The notes: generated by a model not told the origin, from the letters alone. 64,000 nucleotides of DNA from Gemmatimonadaceae bacterium (GCA_033763905.1 JANRJP010000093.1:29648-93647), one strand, 5' to 3'. Shown: positions 8,971 to 18,396, numbered from the stretch's first letter. Program-made: numbers and translations.

Positions 8971-9849
8971 CTACCGCGACGCCGCGCCCGAGAGGGGGAG
9001 CAGCGTCCACGCGCCGTGACAATGTGACACCGTGGCGACCAGCAGATGGTCCGGCGTGCCATCCCGGTCCGCCGCGACCTGCCGGACGGCGTCTGCGGCA
9101 AGTGCGGCGCCCGCTTGCACGGCGCGAACGTCGAACATCCCGACGCCATAGGCCCGGTGCGCGCAGTGCAGCACCACCGGCCCCGCAATGGGACGACCCC
9201 GCTCGCGTTCCGCGGCCACGTACGCCGCGACGTGTCGCGGCATCGACCAGGTGCGCGGGCCCGCGATCGCGGGGCACACGGCGGGCTCGACGCAGTTCAC
9301 GGGGCACATCCACTCGGCGAAACTCACGTAGTGCGTGCCGTCCTCGCCCGCCCGCTGCCACGGCGTGCTCGGGATACGGGCGAGCGGCACCGGCCGCGGC
9401 GCCGCCCCGCGCTGCGCGTCGCCCGGCGTCTCGCGCTGCGTCTGGCTCTGCGTCTGGCTCTGCGTCTGGCTCTGCGTCTGGCTCTGCGTCTGGCTCTGCG
9501 CGTCGCCGATGCGGCGGGCAATCCACTCGGCCATCAGGTGCGGCATCAGTGGCGACGGCACAATCGCGTCGCGATCGTCGGCCGCGCGCGGCGTGGCGAG
9601 CCACTCGTCGAACCACGGGCCCCACTCCGCGCACGCCACGACCAGATCGGGCACTGCCGGCGCCTCCCGCACCACGCGACACTGCGGGTCGCGATCAACG
9701 ACGATCAGGCGCTGCCAGCTGAGGGCTCCAGCGGCCCGGGCACGCGCCAATTGCCGCACGTAGTAGGACCCGTAGCAGCCGCCGCCGACGACCACGACGG
9801 TCGCGTACGCGTGTGTGGGATCCTGCACGGGCACGGGAGACGTCCTCAC
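8971..9849 (-). CDS. hypothetical Cys-rich protein with Rossmann-like N-terminus
   Basis: VVVVGGGCYG...LIVVD, CPVNCVEPAVCP, HCAH, SHCHG; start overlaps the SDR stop. Confidence 0.75.
   Translation of the reverse strand: MRTSPVPVQDPTHAYATVVVVGGGCYGSYYVRQLARARAAGALSWQRLIVVDRDPQCRVVREAPAVPDLVVACAEWGPWFDEWLATPRAADDRDAIVPSPLMPHLMAEWIARRIGDAQSQTQSQTQSQTQSQTQSQTQRETPGDAQRGAAPRPVPLARIPSTPWQRAGEDGTHYVSFAEWMCPVNCVEPAVCPAIAGPRTWSMPRHVAAYVAAERERGRPIAGPVVLHCAHRAYGVGMFDVRAVQAGAALAADAVRQVAADRDGTPDHLLVATVSHCHGAWTLLPLSGAASR
9436..9500. repeat. 12-bp tandem repeat, (CTGCGTCTGGCT)x5 plus 5 nt, encoding (QSQT)5
   Basis: Read directly from the sequence; in frame within the CDS. Confidence 0.95.
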
Positions 9850-10574
9850 CGACGCAGGTGCCGTCCCCCGTCGACGTGCACCATCTCACCGGTGATGTAC
9901 GGTGCGTCCGCGAGCCAGCAGACGGCGTCCGCGATGTCGGCGGGGGTCCCCAGCGCCGCCAGCGGCGTCTCCTGCGCGAGCCGGTTCGCCAACTCGGTGC
10001 TGGCGTCGTCGGGCAGCAGGACGACGCCCGGTGCCACCGCGTTCACCCGCACGTCCGGCGCCAGCAGGCGCGCGAGACTGCGCGTGAGGGGATCGATCGC
10101 CCCTTTGATCACCCCGTGAGCCAGCGTCGTGGACTCGGTGTCGTACGCGAGGTGGTCGGCGATGTTGATGATGCACCCCTGCTGCTCCGCCAGATGCGGC
10201 GCCGCCGCCTGCGACAGCAGCAAGGGCGCCCGCAGATTCGTCGCGAACGACGCGTCGAGCTGCGCCGCGGTGAGCTGCCCAAAGGGGGTACGCAGCCAAT
10301 TCGCGGCAGAGTTCACCAGCACATCGAGTCGTCCGAACGCCTGGAGCACGTCGTCGATCAGTGCTGCCGCTCCGTCGGGTTGTTCGAGATCCCGCCCGAG
10401 CGCGATCGCCTGACCACCGGCCGCTTCGATGCGCCGCACCGTCGCCTCGGCGCCCTCGCGCGACGCGCGGTAATGCACGGCGATTGCGCGCCCCTTCATC
10501 GCGAGCCCGAACGCGATCACCTGGCCGACCCGGGTGCCGGCGCCGGTCACCAGCGCGACCGGACGAGCGCTCAC
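9846..10574 (-). CDS. SDR oxidoreductase, pteridine reductase/FolM-like
   Basis: ALVTGAGTRVG, VHYRAS, LVNSA, IINIAD, VNAVAPG, VDGGRHL; the YxxxK position reads HGVIK. Confidence 0.85.
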   Translation of the reverse strand: MSARPVALVTGAGTRVGQVIAFGLAMKGRAIAVHYRASREGAEATVRRIEAAGGQAIALGRDLEQPDGAAALIDDVLQAFGRLDVLVNSAANWLRTPFGQLTAAQLDASFATNLRAPLLLSQAAAPHLAEQQGCIINIADHLAYDTESTTLAHGVIKGAIDPLTRSLARLLAPDVRVNAVAPGVVLLPDDASTELANRLAQETPLAALGTPADIADAVCWLADAPYITGEMVHVDGGRHLRR

Positions 10575-11434
10575 GCGGGCACCGCGCGTTCCGCGACGCG
10601 ACGATCCTGCGCCGCGAGCCACGCCAGCGGAACCTGCTGATTGCCCAACTGCCGCGGCCCCTCGAATTGCCCGTGCCAGTCCGAACCGCCACTCAGCAGC
10701 AGCGCGTGTCGCTCGGCGAGCATAAACAGGCGGGCCCGATCATCGGGCGAGTGCCCGGGGTGCAGCACTTCCAGTCCATCGAGGCCCGCCTTGGCCAGCG
10801 GCTTCACCAGATCCTGCGTGCCCAACCGCCCGGGGTGCGCCCAGACGGCCAGCGCGCCGGCCTCGTGCAGCAGCGCAATCGCAGCGGCCGCGTCGAGTTT
10901 CTCTTTCTCGACGAACGCGGGCTTCCCCGCCCCGAGATACTTGTCGAAGGCCTGCCGCAGATCGGTGACGTAGCCGCGCGCGATCATGGCGCGCGCAATG
11001 TGCGGCCGCCCGAGCGAGGCCCCGTGCGTCTCGCGCAGCACATCGTCCATCGTCAGGGCGATGCCCAGCGCCCCGAGACGTTCAACGATGAGCGCGGCCC
11101 GATCCCGTCGCGCGTCGCGAATGTCCCGCAGCCGGTCTTCGAGCCACGCGGTCTCGCGCACGTGCAGGCCCAGGATATGCAGCTCACGCCCGTGCCAATC
11201 GGTGCTGAGTTCGACACCGGCAATCACCCGGAGCCCGAGGGGCGCAGCGGCGGCCCTCGCCTCGTCGAGGCCAGCCAGGGTGTCGTGATCGGTGAGCGCC
11301 ATCGCGACGAGCCCAATGCGGTGCGCGTGCCGCACGACCTCGGCTGGCGGCAGCGCGCCATCGGACGCCGTCGAATGCACCTGCAGATCCACACAGGGCC
11401 CGGCCGGCGAGACCGCGTCGGGCGCCTGATTCAC
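10571..11434 (-). CDS. PHP domain metal-dependent phosphoesterase (TrpH-like)
   Basis: HSTASDG, LTDHDT, GRPHIA, WAHP, GGSDWHG. Confidence 0.92.
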   Translation of the reverse strand: MNQAPDAVSPAGPCVDLQVHSTASDGALPPAEVVRHAHRIGLVAMALTDHDTLAGLDEARAAAAPLGLRVIAGVELSTDWHGRELHILGLHVRETAWLEDRLRDIRDARRDRAALIVERLGALGIALTMDDVLRETHGASLGRPHIARAMIARGYVTDLRQAFDKYLGAGKPAFVEKEKLDAAAAIALLHEAGALAVWAHPGRLGTQDLVKPLAKAGLDGLEVLHPGHSPDDRARLFMLAERHALLLSGGSDWHGQFEGPRQLGNQQVPLAWLAAQDRRVAERAVPA

Positions 11435-11691
11435 GAGCGGTAGCCGAGTTCGGGCGAGGTATCGGACGATTGTGACTGCGCGAGCAGCGCCTCGAGTTGC
11501 GCATCGGACATCTCGGCCAGCGAGGCCTCGCGCGAGCGCGTGCCGGTCGGCGAATATCGCGCGAGTCGCACTGTGGTGCCGTCGGACCGGGTGAAGACCA
11601 GCGCGAATTCGTCGCGGTCATACTGGGTGATGCGCCCCGACGGCGTGACCCGCCACTCGACGCCGCGTACCACAAGTCGACGCGAGGGCAC
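11431..11691 (-). CDS. small hypothetical protein
   Basis: 86-aa ORF filling the gap, coupled to both neighbours. Confidence 0.7.
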   Translation of the reverse strand: MPSRRLVVRGVEWRVTPSGRITQYDRDEFALVFTRSDGTTVRLARYSPTGTRSREASLAEMSDAQLEALLAQSQSSDTSPELGYRS

Positions 11692-11952
11692 TCAGCGGAC
11701 TCCGACTTCGACGTAGTGCCGCAACGCGCCCGAGGGCGCGTCGGTGGTCGCGGCGTGCGCCTTGCTGAGCGTGGCCGCGTCGTTCGCTTCGCAGAACTCG
11801 ACGAACGCCCCCGGCAACGAGGCCTCTTCGAACACCCAGTACCGGACATCGTGCGCCGAGTAGTGCGCCTTGCGGGCCGCGACCCGCGCGAGGAACGCCT
11901 CGCGCTGGTCCGCGGACACCGTGGTGCGCCCGATCGTCAGGACTTTCGGCAT
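11692..11952 (-). CDS. small hypothetical protein (possible dimeric alpha/beta-barrel fold)
   Basis: MPKVLTIGRTTV...YWVFEEASLPGAFVEF; ATG overlaps the E2 stop. Confidence 0.7.
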   Translation of the reverse strand: MPKVLTIGRTTVSADQREAFLARVAARKAHYSAHDVRYWVFEEASLPGAFVEFCEANDAATLSKAHAATTDAPSGALRHYVEVGVR

Positions 11953-13289
11953 CAGGCCTCGGGGAAGGCCTCGCACGTCTTCTTGACGTGCGTGAGGAAG
12001 CTGTCGGCGTCGGCGCCATCGATGATGCGATGGTCGAACGACAGCGCGAAGTACGCGCAGGTGCGAATGGCGATGGTGTCTTCGCCGTCCGGACCGGTCA
12101 CGACCTTGGGTCGCTTTTCGATCGCGCCCAACCCGAGAATGGCGACCTGCGGCTGCGGAATGATGGGCGTGCCGATCAGCGACCCCTTCACACCGTAGTT
12201 GGTGATGCTGAACGTGCCGCCCTGCACTTCGTCGGGCGTGAGCTTCTTGGTGCGCGCGCGCTCGGCGAGATCGTTGATGCCGCGACCGAGCCCCAGCAGC
12301 GAGAGTTCGTCGGCCCGCTTGAGCACGGGGACGATCAATCCCCAGTCGAGCGCCACCGCCAGCCCGATGTTGATGCTGTTGCGGTAGATGATCTCGCTGC
12401 CACGCACCGCCGCATTGAGCACGGGATACTGCCGGAGCCCGCTGCACACCGCCTGCACGATGAACGGCAAGTAGGTGAGCTTGACGCCCGCCTGCTCGAA
12501 CTCCCGCTTGCGCGCGGCGCGAAGGCGGCTGATGCGCGTGAGATCGACTTCGAAGACCGAGGTGACGTGCGCCGAGGTGTGCTTCGACTCCACCATCCGG
12601 TACGAGGTGATCGCCCGAATCTTGGACATCGACTCGACACGGTCGCCGGGCCAGGGCTCCGGCAACGGCGTCGGCGAGACGTTGCCGGGATTGGCGATGC
12701 CAGCCGGCGCGAAGTGCGACGCGCCCGGGGCCGGCGCCACCGCGGGCGTGCCCGACTTGGCCGAGGCCGCCCCCGATTCCAGCGCCGCGACGAGGTCCTT
12801 CTTGGTCACGCGGCCGGCGATGCCCGAGCCCTTCAACGTGGTGATGTCGACACCGGCTTCGGCGGCCATCTTGCGCACGAGCGGCGACGACTTGGTGCGC
12901 AACCGTTCTTCGAGGCTGCCGGCGGGATGCGCCGGCGCGGCGGGAGCACTGGGCGCCGGAGCCGACGCTGCCGAGGCGCTCGCGGCGGGCGCGCTGGCGG
13001 TAGGCGCGGCGGCCGGCGCCGGCGCGGCGCCGGCGACGAAGGACGCCGCGTCGGTCTCGAGACGGGCGACCACCGTGCCCACCGGCACCGTCTGGCCCGG
13101 CTGCACCAGAATCTCGGCCAGCACGCCGGCGGCGGGCGCGGGGATCTCGGCGTCGACCTTGTCGGTCGAAATCTCGAAGATCGTCTCGTCGCGCTTCACC
13201 GCATCGCCGATCTGCTTCACCCACTTGGACAGGGTGCCTTCGGCGATGGATTCCCCCATCTGGGGCATAATGACGTCAACGCGGGCCAC
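11952..13289 (-). CDS. 2-oxoacid dehydrogenase E2 (dihydrolipoamide acyltransferase)
   Basis: Lipoyl motif EISTDKVD, PSBD SPLVRKMA...GRVTKKD, catalytic FDHRIIDG. Confidence 0.95.
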   Translation of the reverse strand: MARVDVIMPQMGESIAEGTLSKWVKQIGDAVKRDETIFEISTDKVDAEIPAPAAGVLAEILVQPGQTVPVGTVVARLETDAASFVAGAAPAPAAAPTASAPAASASAASAPAPSAPAAPAHPAGSLEERLRTKSSPLVRKMAAEAGVDITTLKGSGIAGRVTKKDLVAALESGAASAKSGTPAVAPAPGASHFAPAGIANPGNVSPTPLPEPWPGDRVESMSKIRAITSYRMVESKHTSAHVTSVFEVDLTRISRLRAARKREFEQAGVKLTYLPFIVQAVCSGLRQYPVLNAAVRGSEIIYRNSINIGLAVALDWGLIVPVLKRADELSLLGLGRGINDLAERARTKKLTPDEVQGGTFSITNYGVKGSLIGTPIIPQPQVAILGLGAIEKRPKVVTGPDGEDTIAIRTCAYFALSFDHRIIDGADADSFLTHVKKTCEAFPEA

Positions 13290-13299
13290 AGTCGGTCCT

Positions 13300-13581
13300 C
13301 TAAGTCTTGGAGCGGTCGCCGCGCGCGCTCGCGCGCAGACGCCAGAAAGCTAGCGACGGAATGAGCATCACGCCGAGCACGGCGCCGATGCCGGCGTAAA
13401 TGTGCCAATCGCAGGCGGGGAGCCCCTCGCCCGGATTACAGTTGTTGTAGGACCCCACGAACTTGCTCACCATCGTGCCGAGCATCCCGCCGCCGGCGGC
13501 GCCGACGATGGTCGTGACACAGCCCAGCGCCACGCGGGACGCCAGTTGCTCGGTGGGAGTCGGGACGTACTCGTCAGCCAT
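13300..13581 (-). CDS. small two-TM membrane protein
   Basis: Two hydrophobic helices joined by a C-x7-C loop; lies between E1b and E2. Confidence 0.7.
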   Translation of the reverse strand: MADEYVPTPTEQLASRVALGCVTTIVGAAGGGMLGTMVSKFVGSYNNCNPGEGLPACDWHIYAGIGAVLGVMLIPSLAFWRLRASARGDRSKT

Positions 13582-13587
13582 TGCCGG

Positions 13588-14565
13588 TTACCAGGCGATC
13601 AGGTGCTTCACCGCCTTCACCACGTCGGCCGTCTGCGGCAACACGTAGTCTTCGAGCGGCGGCGCGTACGGCAACGGCACATCCGCGGCGGCGACACGCA
13701 GCACCGGCGCGTCGAGCCACGCGAAGCAGGTCTCGTTGATCCGCGCCGACAGTTCGCCCGCGATGCCGCCGGTCCGCGTGTCTTCGTGGAGCAGCAGGAC
13801 GCGATGCGTCTTCTTGACGGTGGCCTGAATGGCCTCGTCGTCCAGCGGCAGCAGGGACCGCAGGTCGAGCACCTCCACCGACACGCCCTCCGCTGCCAAC
13901 TGCTCGGCGGCTTCGAGCGCCTTGTAGACCGTTGCGGCGTAGGTGATGATCGACACGTCGGTGCCGGCCCGCGCGATGCGCGCCTTGCCGATCGGCACCA
14001 CGTGATCCCCGGCCGGCATCACGCCCTTCACGCGGCGGTAGAGATACTTGTGCTCGAAGAAGAGCACGCAGTCGTCATCGCGGATCGCCGCCTTCATCAG
14101 CCCCTTCGCGTCTTCCGCCGTGCTCGGGTAGACGATCTTGAGCCCCGGCGTGTGCAGGAAGGCCGCCTCCGGATTCTGCGAGTGGAACGGGCCGCCGCGG
14201 ACGTAGCCGCCCGACGGGCCGCGCACCACCATCGGGCACGGCAGGAAGGCGCGATAGCGTGCGGTCGCGACGTAGTTCGTGAGGATGTCGTACGCGCACG
14301 AGATGAAGTCGATGAACTGCAGCTCGCAGACGGGACGCATCCCCATATGAGCGGCACCGGCCGCGGCGCCGACGAAGCCGGCCTCGCTGATCGGTGTATC
14401 GATCACGCGCGACTCGCCGTACTTCGCGAGCAGGCCGTCGGTGACCTTGAACGCGCCGCCGTAGGCGCCGATGTCTTCGCCCATCAGGAAGACATTGGGG
14501 TCGCGCTGCATCTCCTCGTCGAGCGCCTCGCGGATCGCTTCGAGGTACGTGATTTCACTCGCCAC
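13588..14565 (-). CDS. 2-oxoacid dehydrogenase E1 beta subunit
   Basis: GEDIGAYGGAFKVT, DTPISE, GPFHSQ, DLRSLLPLD. Confidence 0.95.
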   Translation of the reverse strand: MASEITYLEAIREALDEEMQRDPNVFLMGEDIGAYGGAFKVTDGLLAKYGESRVIDTPISEAGFVGAAAGAAHMGMRPVCELQFIDFISCAYDILTNYVATARYRAFLPCPMVVRGPSGGYVRGGPFHSQNPEAAFLHTPGLKIVYPSTAEDAKGLMKAAIRDDDCVLFFEHKYLYRRVKGVMPAGDHVVPIGKARIARAGTDVSIITYAATVYKALEAAEQLAAEGVSVEVLDLRSLLPLDDEAIQATVKKTHRVLLLHEDTRTGGIAGELSARINETCFAWLDAPVLRVAAADVPLPYAPPLEDYVLPQTADVVKAVKHLIAW

Positions 14566-15730
14566 CGGAGGTCCCCCAGGAGGCTGGACGTTCGTGCCGA
14601 TCGACCGCCTTGGTCACGCCCTCGCGATACCACTCGGCGGGCATCACCGGCGGGTCGGCATAGACGCCCACCAGCGCGTCCGGGCCTTCGGGCATCGGGG
14701 AGCGTTCCGCTTCGTCGGTGGCGGCGTCGACCGCCGCCGCGATGCGCGCGTCGATCGCGGCCAGCTCGGCGGGCCGCACCTTGAACTCGGTCGTCAAGCG
14801 CTCGACGTAGCGGTCGATGGGATCGTTGTTCGCCGCCCACCACTCGAGCTCGCCGGGCGGGATGTAGCTCTGATTGTCGTGCTCGGCGTGTCCCTTGCGG
14901 CGGTAGGTCACCAGCTCGACGAGGGTCACGCCCCCACCGCTCCGCGCCCGCTCCACCGCGTCCTTGGTCGCATCGTACACCGCCAGTACATCATTGCCGT
15001 CGGCCCGCACGCCGGGAATGCCGTACGCGGCCGCCTTGTCGCTGAACCATTCGCCGGCAAACTGCTTGCGATTGGGTGTCGAGTAGGCGTAGCCGTTGTT
15101 CTCGACGATGCACACCAGCGGCACCTGGTTGACCGCGGCGAAATTGAGGCCTTCGTGAAAGGCTCCGGTGCTCGTGGCGCCGTCGCCCACATACACGAGG
15201 ACCACGCGGGGCTCGTTGCGCAACTTGAACGACAGCGCGACGCCGGCCATCACGGGCACCATATCGCCCAAGTGCGAAATCTGGCCGACGAAGCCGCGCT
15301 CGAGATCGCCGAAGTGGATGTTGAGCTCGCGTCCGCGCGTGGGCGAGTCGCCCTTGGCCATATACTGCCGCAGGATCTCGAGCGGCGTGGCGCCCTTGAC
15401 CAGCATCGAGCCCATATTGCGGATCAGCGGCGAGAGGATGTCCCGCGGCCGCAGCGCGTAGGCGGAGCCGACCGCATCGGCCTCCTGGCCGAGCGAGCGG
15501 AAGAGCCCGCCGACGACCTTCGTCTGCTTGTACAGGGCGACCAGGCGCTCTTCGAGCGTGCGGGTCATCCGCATCCACGAATACAACTCGAGCCGCTGGG
15601 CATCGGTCAGCGCCTTGCTCCACCGACCGAGTGGGGTGTTCTGCGGCAGACGCGCGAAGATGCCCGGCGGTACGCCGTCGGTCCTGGCGCTTCGACGCGG
15701 GCCGGTGGTGCGCTTCGGAGGCTTCGCCAT
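14555..15730 (-). CDS. 2-oxoacid dehydrogenase E1 alpha subunit (PDH/BCKDH-type)
   Basis: TPP motif GDGATSTG...ENNGYAYS, TYRRKGHAEHD; ATG at 15730. Confidence 0.93.
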   Translation of the reverse strand: MAKPPKRTTGPRRSARTDGVPPGIFARLPQNTPLGRWSKALTDAQRLELYSWMRMTRTLEERLVALYKQTKVVGGLFRSLGQEADAVGSAYALRPRDILSPLIRNMGSMLVKGATPLEILRQYMAKGDSPTRGRELNIHFGDLERGFVGQISHLGDMVPVMAGVALSFKLRNEPRVVLVYVGDGATSTGAFHEGLNFAAVNQVPLVCIVENNGYAYSTPNRKQFAGEWFSDKAAAYGIPGVRADGNDVLAVYDATKDAVERARSGGGVTLVELVTYRRKGHAEHDNQSYIPPGELEWWAANNDPIDRYVERLTTEFKVRPAELAAIDARIAAAVDAATDEAERSPMPEGPDALVGVYADPPVMPAEWYREGVTKAVDRHERPASWGTSGGE

Positions 15731-16023
15731 CAGTACGACGCCTCGGAGACGTGCCGCGGATCCGCCGCGCGATGCACCTGCACGAAGAACGCCTTCAGCC
15801 CGCGATCCAGGCGACTTTCGCCCATCTGGTCGCTGTGCGCTTCGATGAAGGTGTAGTGGCCGCCTTCCATCTCGACGCGAATGCGCGCCGTGCCGATCGG
15901 GCCGGTGTAGCCGCGCGCGCGCTTGTCGCGGGTGGTGGGCTGCATCCCGATCGTGGGGAAGAATCGATCGGCGATCTCGAGGACCGCATCGGGCCCGAGT
16001 GACGTGCGATGAAAGTGTTTCAC
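15730..16023 (-). CDS. hypothetical protein
   Basis: GTG-start ORF (KHFHRTSLG...) coupled to the E1a start. Confidence 0.65.
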   Translation of the reverse strand: MKHFHRTSLGPDAVLEIADRFFPTIGMQPTTRDKRARGYTGPIGTARIRVEMEGGHYTFIEAHSDQMGESRLDRGLKAFFVQVHRAADPRHVSEASY

Positions 16024-16034
16024 GGGGGCTGGGA

Positions 16035-16460
16035 TTACGTCCCTTCGGGGCCAACCGGTTTGCGGACGCCCTGCATCCAGTCGACGCGCTGCAGACGAGC
16101 GGTCGAATCGCGACGGAACTGGATCGCGATCGCCCAATCGCCGGCGGTGAGATAGTTGAGCTCGCCGTAGTAGGCGCCCGGCTCCGGACCCGGCAGCAAG
16201 GCATCCCACGTGTTGATGCCATCGCGACTCGTGGCGAAGATGCGCCCCTCGCCATTCTCGATCGGCGTGCCGGTCTTCTTGTCGCGCACCACCACCTTGT
16301 ACCGAATCTTCTCGCGCGCGACGGGCGGCATCGGCGTCATCGACACGCGAAACGCGAGGTCCTGCGTCCAGTGCCGCAGGTCGCTGGCCTTCTCCTGCTG
16401 GGTGCACGCCGCCACACTGGCGGCGAGCACCACACGGGACACAAGACGTCGCAGCATCAC
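16035..16460 (-). CDS. putative lipoprotein, YtkA/FixH-like beta-sandwich
   Basis: Lipobox-like SVAAC; PGAYYGELNYLTAGDWAIAI pattern. Confidence 0.7.
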   Translation of the reverse strand: MMLRRLVSRVVLAASVAACTQQEKASDLRHWTQDLAFRVSMTPMPPVAREKIRYKVVVRDKKTGTPIENGEGRIFATSRDGINTWDALLPGPEPGAYYGELNYLTAGDWAIAIQFRRDSTARLQRVDWMQGVRKPVGPEGT

Positions 16461-17779
16461 GGGGCGAATTCGGTGCCGAGGTGGGTGATCTGCTCCTCAC
16501 CGATCAGGAAGCGGATCGTGTTCTTGAGCTTGGTCTGCTGGATGAACAGATCGTGCTCGGGGTGCATCCCCGCGGGCGCCATCGGGCTCTTGAAGTAGAA
16601 CGAGAGCCACTCCTGCATCCCGCTCAGGCCGGCGCGCGCCGCGAAATCCATGAACAGCGCGAGGTCGAGCACGATCGGCGCGGCGAGGATCGAATCGCGG
16701 CAGAGGAAGTTGACCTTGATCTGCATCGGGTAGCCCAGCCACCCGGTGATGTCGATGTTGTCCCACCCTTCCTTGTTGTCACCGCGCGGCGGGTAGTAGT
16801 TGATCCGCACGACGTGCGAGAAGTTGCCATAGAGCTCGGGATACACATCCGGCTGCAGGATGGTGTCGAGCACCGAGAGCTTCGACTGCTCCTTGGTCTT
16901 GAACGAGGCCGGATCGTCGAGCACTTCGCCGTCGCGGTTGCCGAGGATGTTCGTCGAGTACCAGCCGGCGAGGCCCAGCATCCGCGCCTTGATCGCCGGC
17001 GCGATCGCGGTCTTCATCCACGTCTGGCCGGTCTTGAAGTCCTTGCCCGAGATCGCCACGCCCTTCTGCTCAGCGAGCTGCTGCAAGGCCGGCACGTCGA
17101 CGCTCAGGTTGGGCGCGCCGTTGGCGAAGGGTACGCCCTCCTGGATGCAGGCCCAGGCGTAGAGCATCGAGGGCGCGATGCCGTCGTGATTCGCCGCCAT
17201 CCCGGCTTCGAAGGCCTCGATCGTGCGGTGCACCTCGGTGATCGCCGTGTAGGCTTCGGTCGAGCCGCACCACACCGCGACGCCGCGGCTCGATCCGTGC
17301 GCCTTCATCGTGCTCCGGATGTCCTCGCGCAGCTGCTCGGCAATATCGCGCAGCGTCTTGCCCGACTTGACGTGCGTGCCGTTGAGTCGCGTGACCCACT
17401 TCGGATCGAACGCGGCCTTCATCGGGATGATCGTCGACAGGAATCCGGCGACTTCGTCGAGGTGCTTGGCGTCGAGCACGCCGGCGTGGCGGGCCGCGGC
17501 CGCGGCGTCATCGGGAATCGGATCCCACGCGGCGAAGCGGAGGTCCGCGAGCGAGGCCAGCGAGATGACGTCCTTGATCTTCGGTGAGCGCCGCTCGCCG
17601 CGCTTGCCGAGCCGGATCGTCGCCAGCTGCGACAGCGACCCGATCGGCTCCGCGTGCCCTCGGCGGATCAGCTCCACCCCCGCGATGAACGTGGTGGCGA
17701 CGGCCCCGAGACCGGGGAGAAAGACGGTCAGCGGGCCCGTGGCGGGGGCGATCGTCGGCGGCGTGTTCGGCAGAGGCAT
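16457..17779 (-). CDS. ino1: myo-inositol-1-phosphate synthase
   Basis: GLGAVATT, NGAPN, GKDFKTGQT, NILGNRDG, GDNKEGWD, RDSILAAP. Confidence 0.95.
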   Translation of the reverse strand: MPLPNTPPTIAPATGPLTVFLPGLGAVATTFIAGVELIRRGHAEPIGSLSQLATIRLGKRGERRSPKIKDVISLASLADLRFAAWDPIPDDAAAAARHAGVLDAKHLDEVAGFLSTIIPMKAAFDPKWVTRLNGTHVKSGKTLRDIAEQLREDIRSTMKAHGSSRGVAVWCGSTEAYTAITEVHRTIEAFEAGMAANHDGIAPSMLYAWACIQEGVPFANGAPNLSVDVPALQQLAEQKGVAISGKDFKTGQTWMKTAIAPAIKARMLGLAGWYSTNILGNRDGEVLDDPASFKTKEQSKLSVLDTILQPDVYPELYGNFSHVVRINYYPPRGDNKEGWDNIDITGWLGYPMQIKVNFLCRDSILAAPIVLDLALFMDFAARAGLSGMQEWLSFYFKSPMAPAGMHPEHDLFIQQTKLKNTIRFLIGEEQITHLGTEFAP

Positions 17780-17787
17780 TGGGGAGG

Positions 17788-18396
17788 TCAGACGGTACGG
17801 CGCTGCATCTCGCGCATGCGTTGCGCCACGGTAACCCAGGACGTCAGTGCGAGCAGGGCAATCACGAACCGCAACACCCAGCCGTCGAAGTCGGTGCCGA
17901 AGAAGGCCTGCGGCGCCGCCAACAGCGTGATGCGCTCCGGCCGTTGCAACCAGCCGGTCTTGAGATCCTGGCCCAGCGACTCGCCGCGGGCCCGGGTGTA
18001 ACTGGTGACCTGCGCGCCCACCAGCGCGAGCGTGGCCACACCAACCATTGCCGGGCTGTTCAGCGGCCCCGGCGTCGAGAAAAAGATCGCCAAACCACCC
18101 AGCAGGGCGCCATCGGCCACCCGGTCCAGCGTCGAGTCAAAGAACGCGCCGAACGTGCTCGCCGTGCCCGTCCGCCGCGCCACGGTGCCGTCGAGCACAT
18201 CCCACAGCGCGGTCAGCCCCAGGAACCATCCACCGGCCCGAATATGACCGGTGGCGAACAACCCGCCGGCGATCACGCAACACAACGTGCCGATCACCGT
18301 GATGGTGTTCGGCTTCACCCCGCGGGCCACGAGCCAATCGGCGACGGGCCCGATCAGCTTGAGGTAGCCGCGGACAATGGCCTGCCAGAGTGCCAC
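17788..18396 (-). CDS. CDP-alcohol phosphatidyltransferase, phosphatidylinositol-phosphate synthase-like
   Basis: PNTIT, DVLDGTVARR...GAFFDSTLDR, SYTRARGE, RPER. Confidence 0.88.
   Translation of the reverse strand: MALWQAIVRGYLKLIGPVADWLVARGVKPNTITVIGTLCCVIAGGLFATGHIRAGGWFLGLTALWDVLDGTVARRTGTASTFGAFFDSTLDRVADGALLGGLAIFFSTPGPLNSPAMVGVATLALVGAQVTSYTRARGESLGQDLKTGWLQRPERITLLAAPQAFFGTDFDGWVLRFVIALLALTSWVTVAQRMREMQRRTV

Noticed and set aside
9436..9500. CRISPR-like repeat array
   Set aside because: Contiguous 12-bp units with no spacers, inside a CDS, and no cas genes.
16457..18396. Di-myo-inositol-phosphate (compatible solute) pathway
   Set aside because: No inositol-1-phosphate cytidylyltransferase domain or gene in the window.
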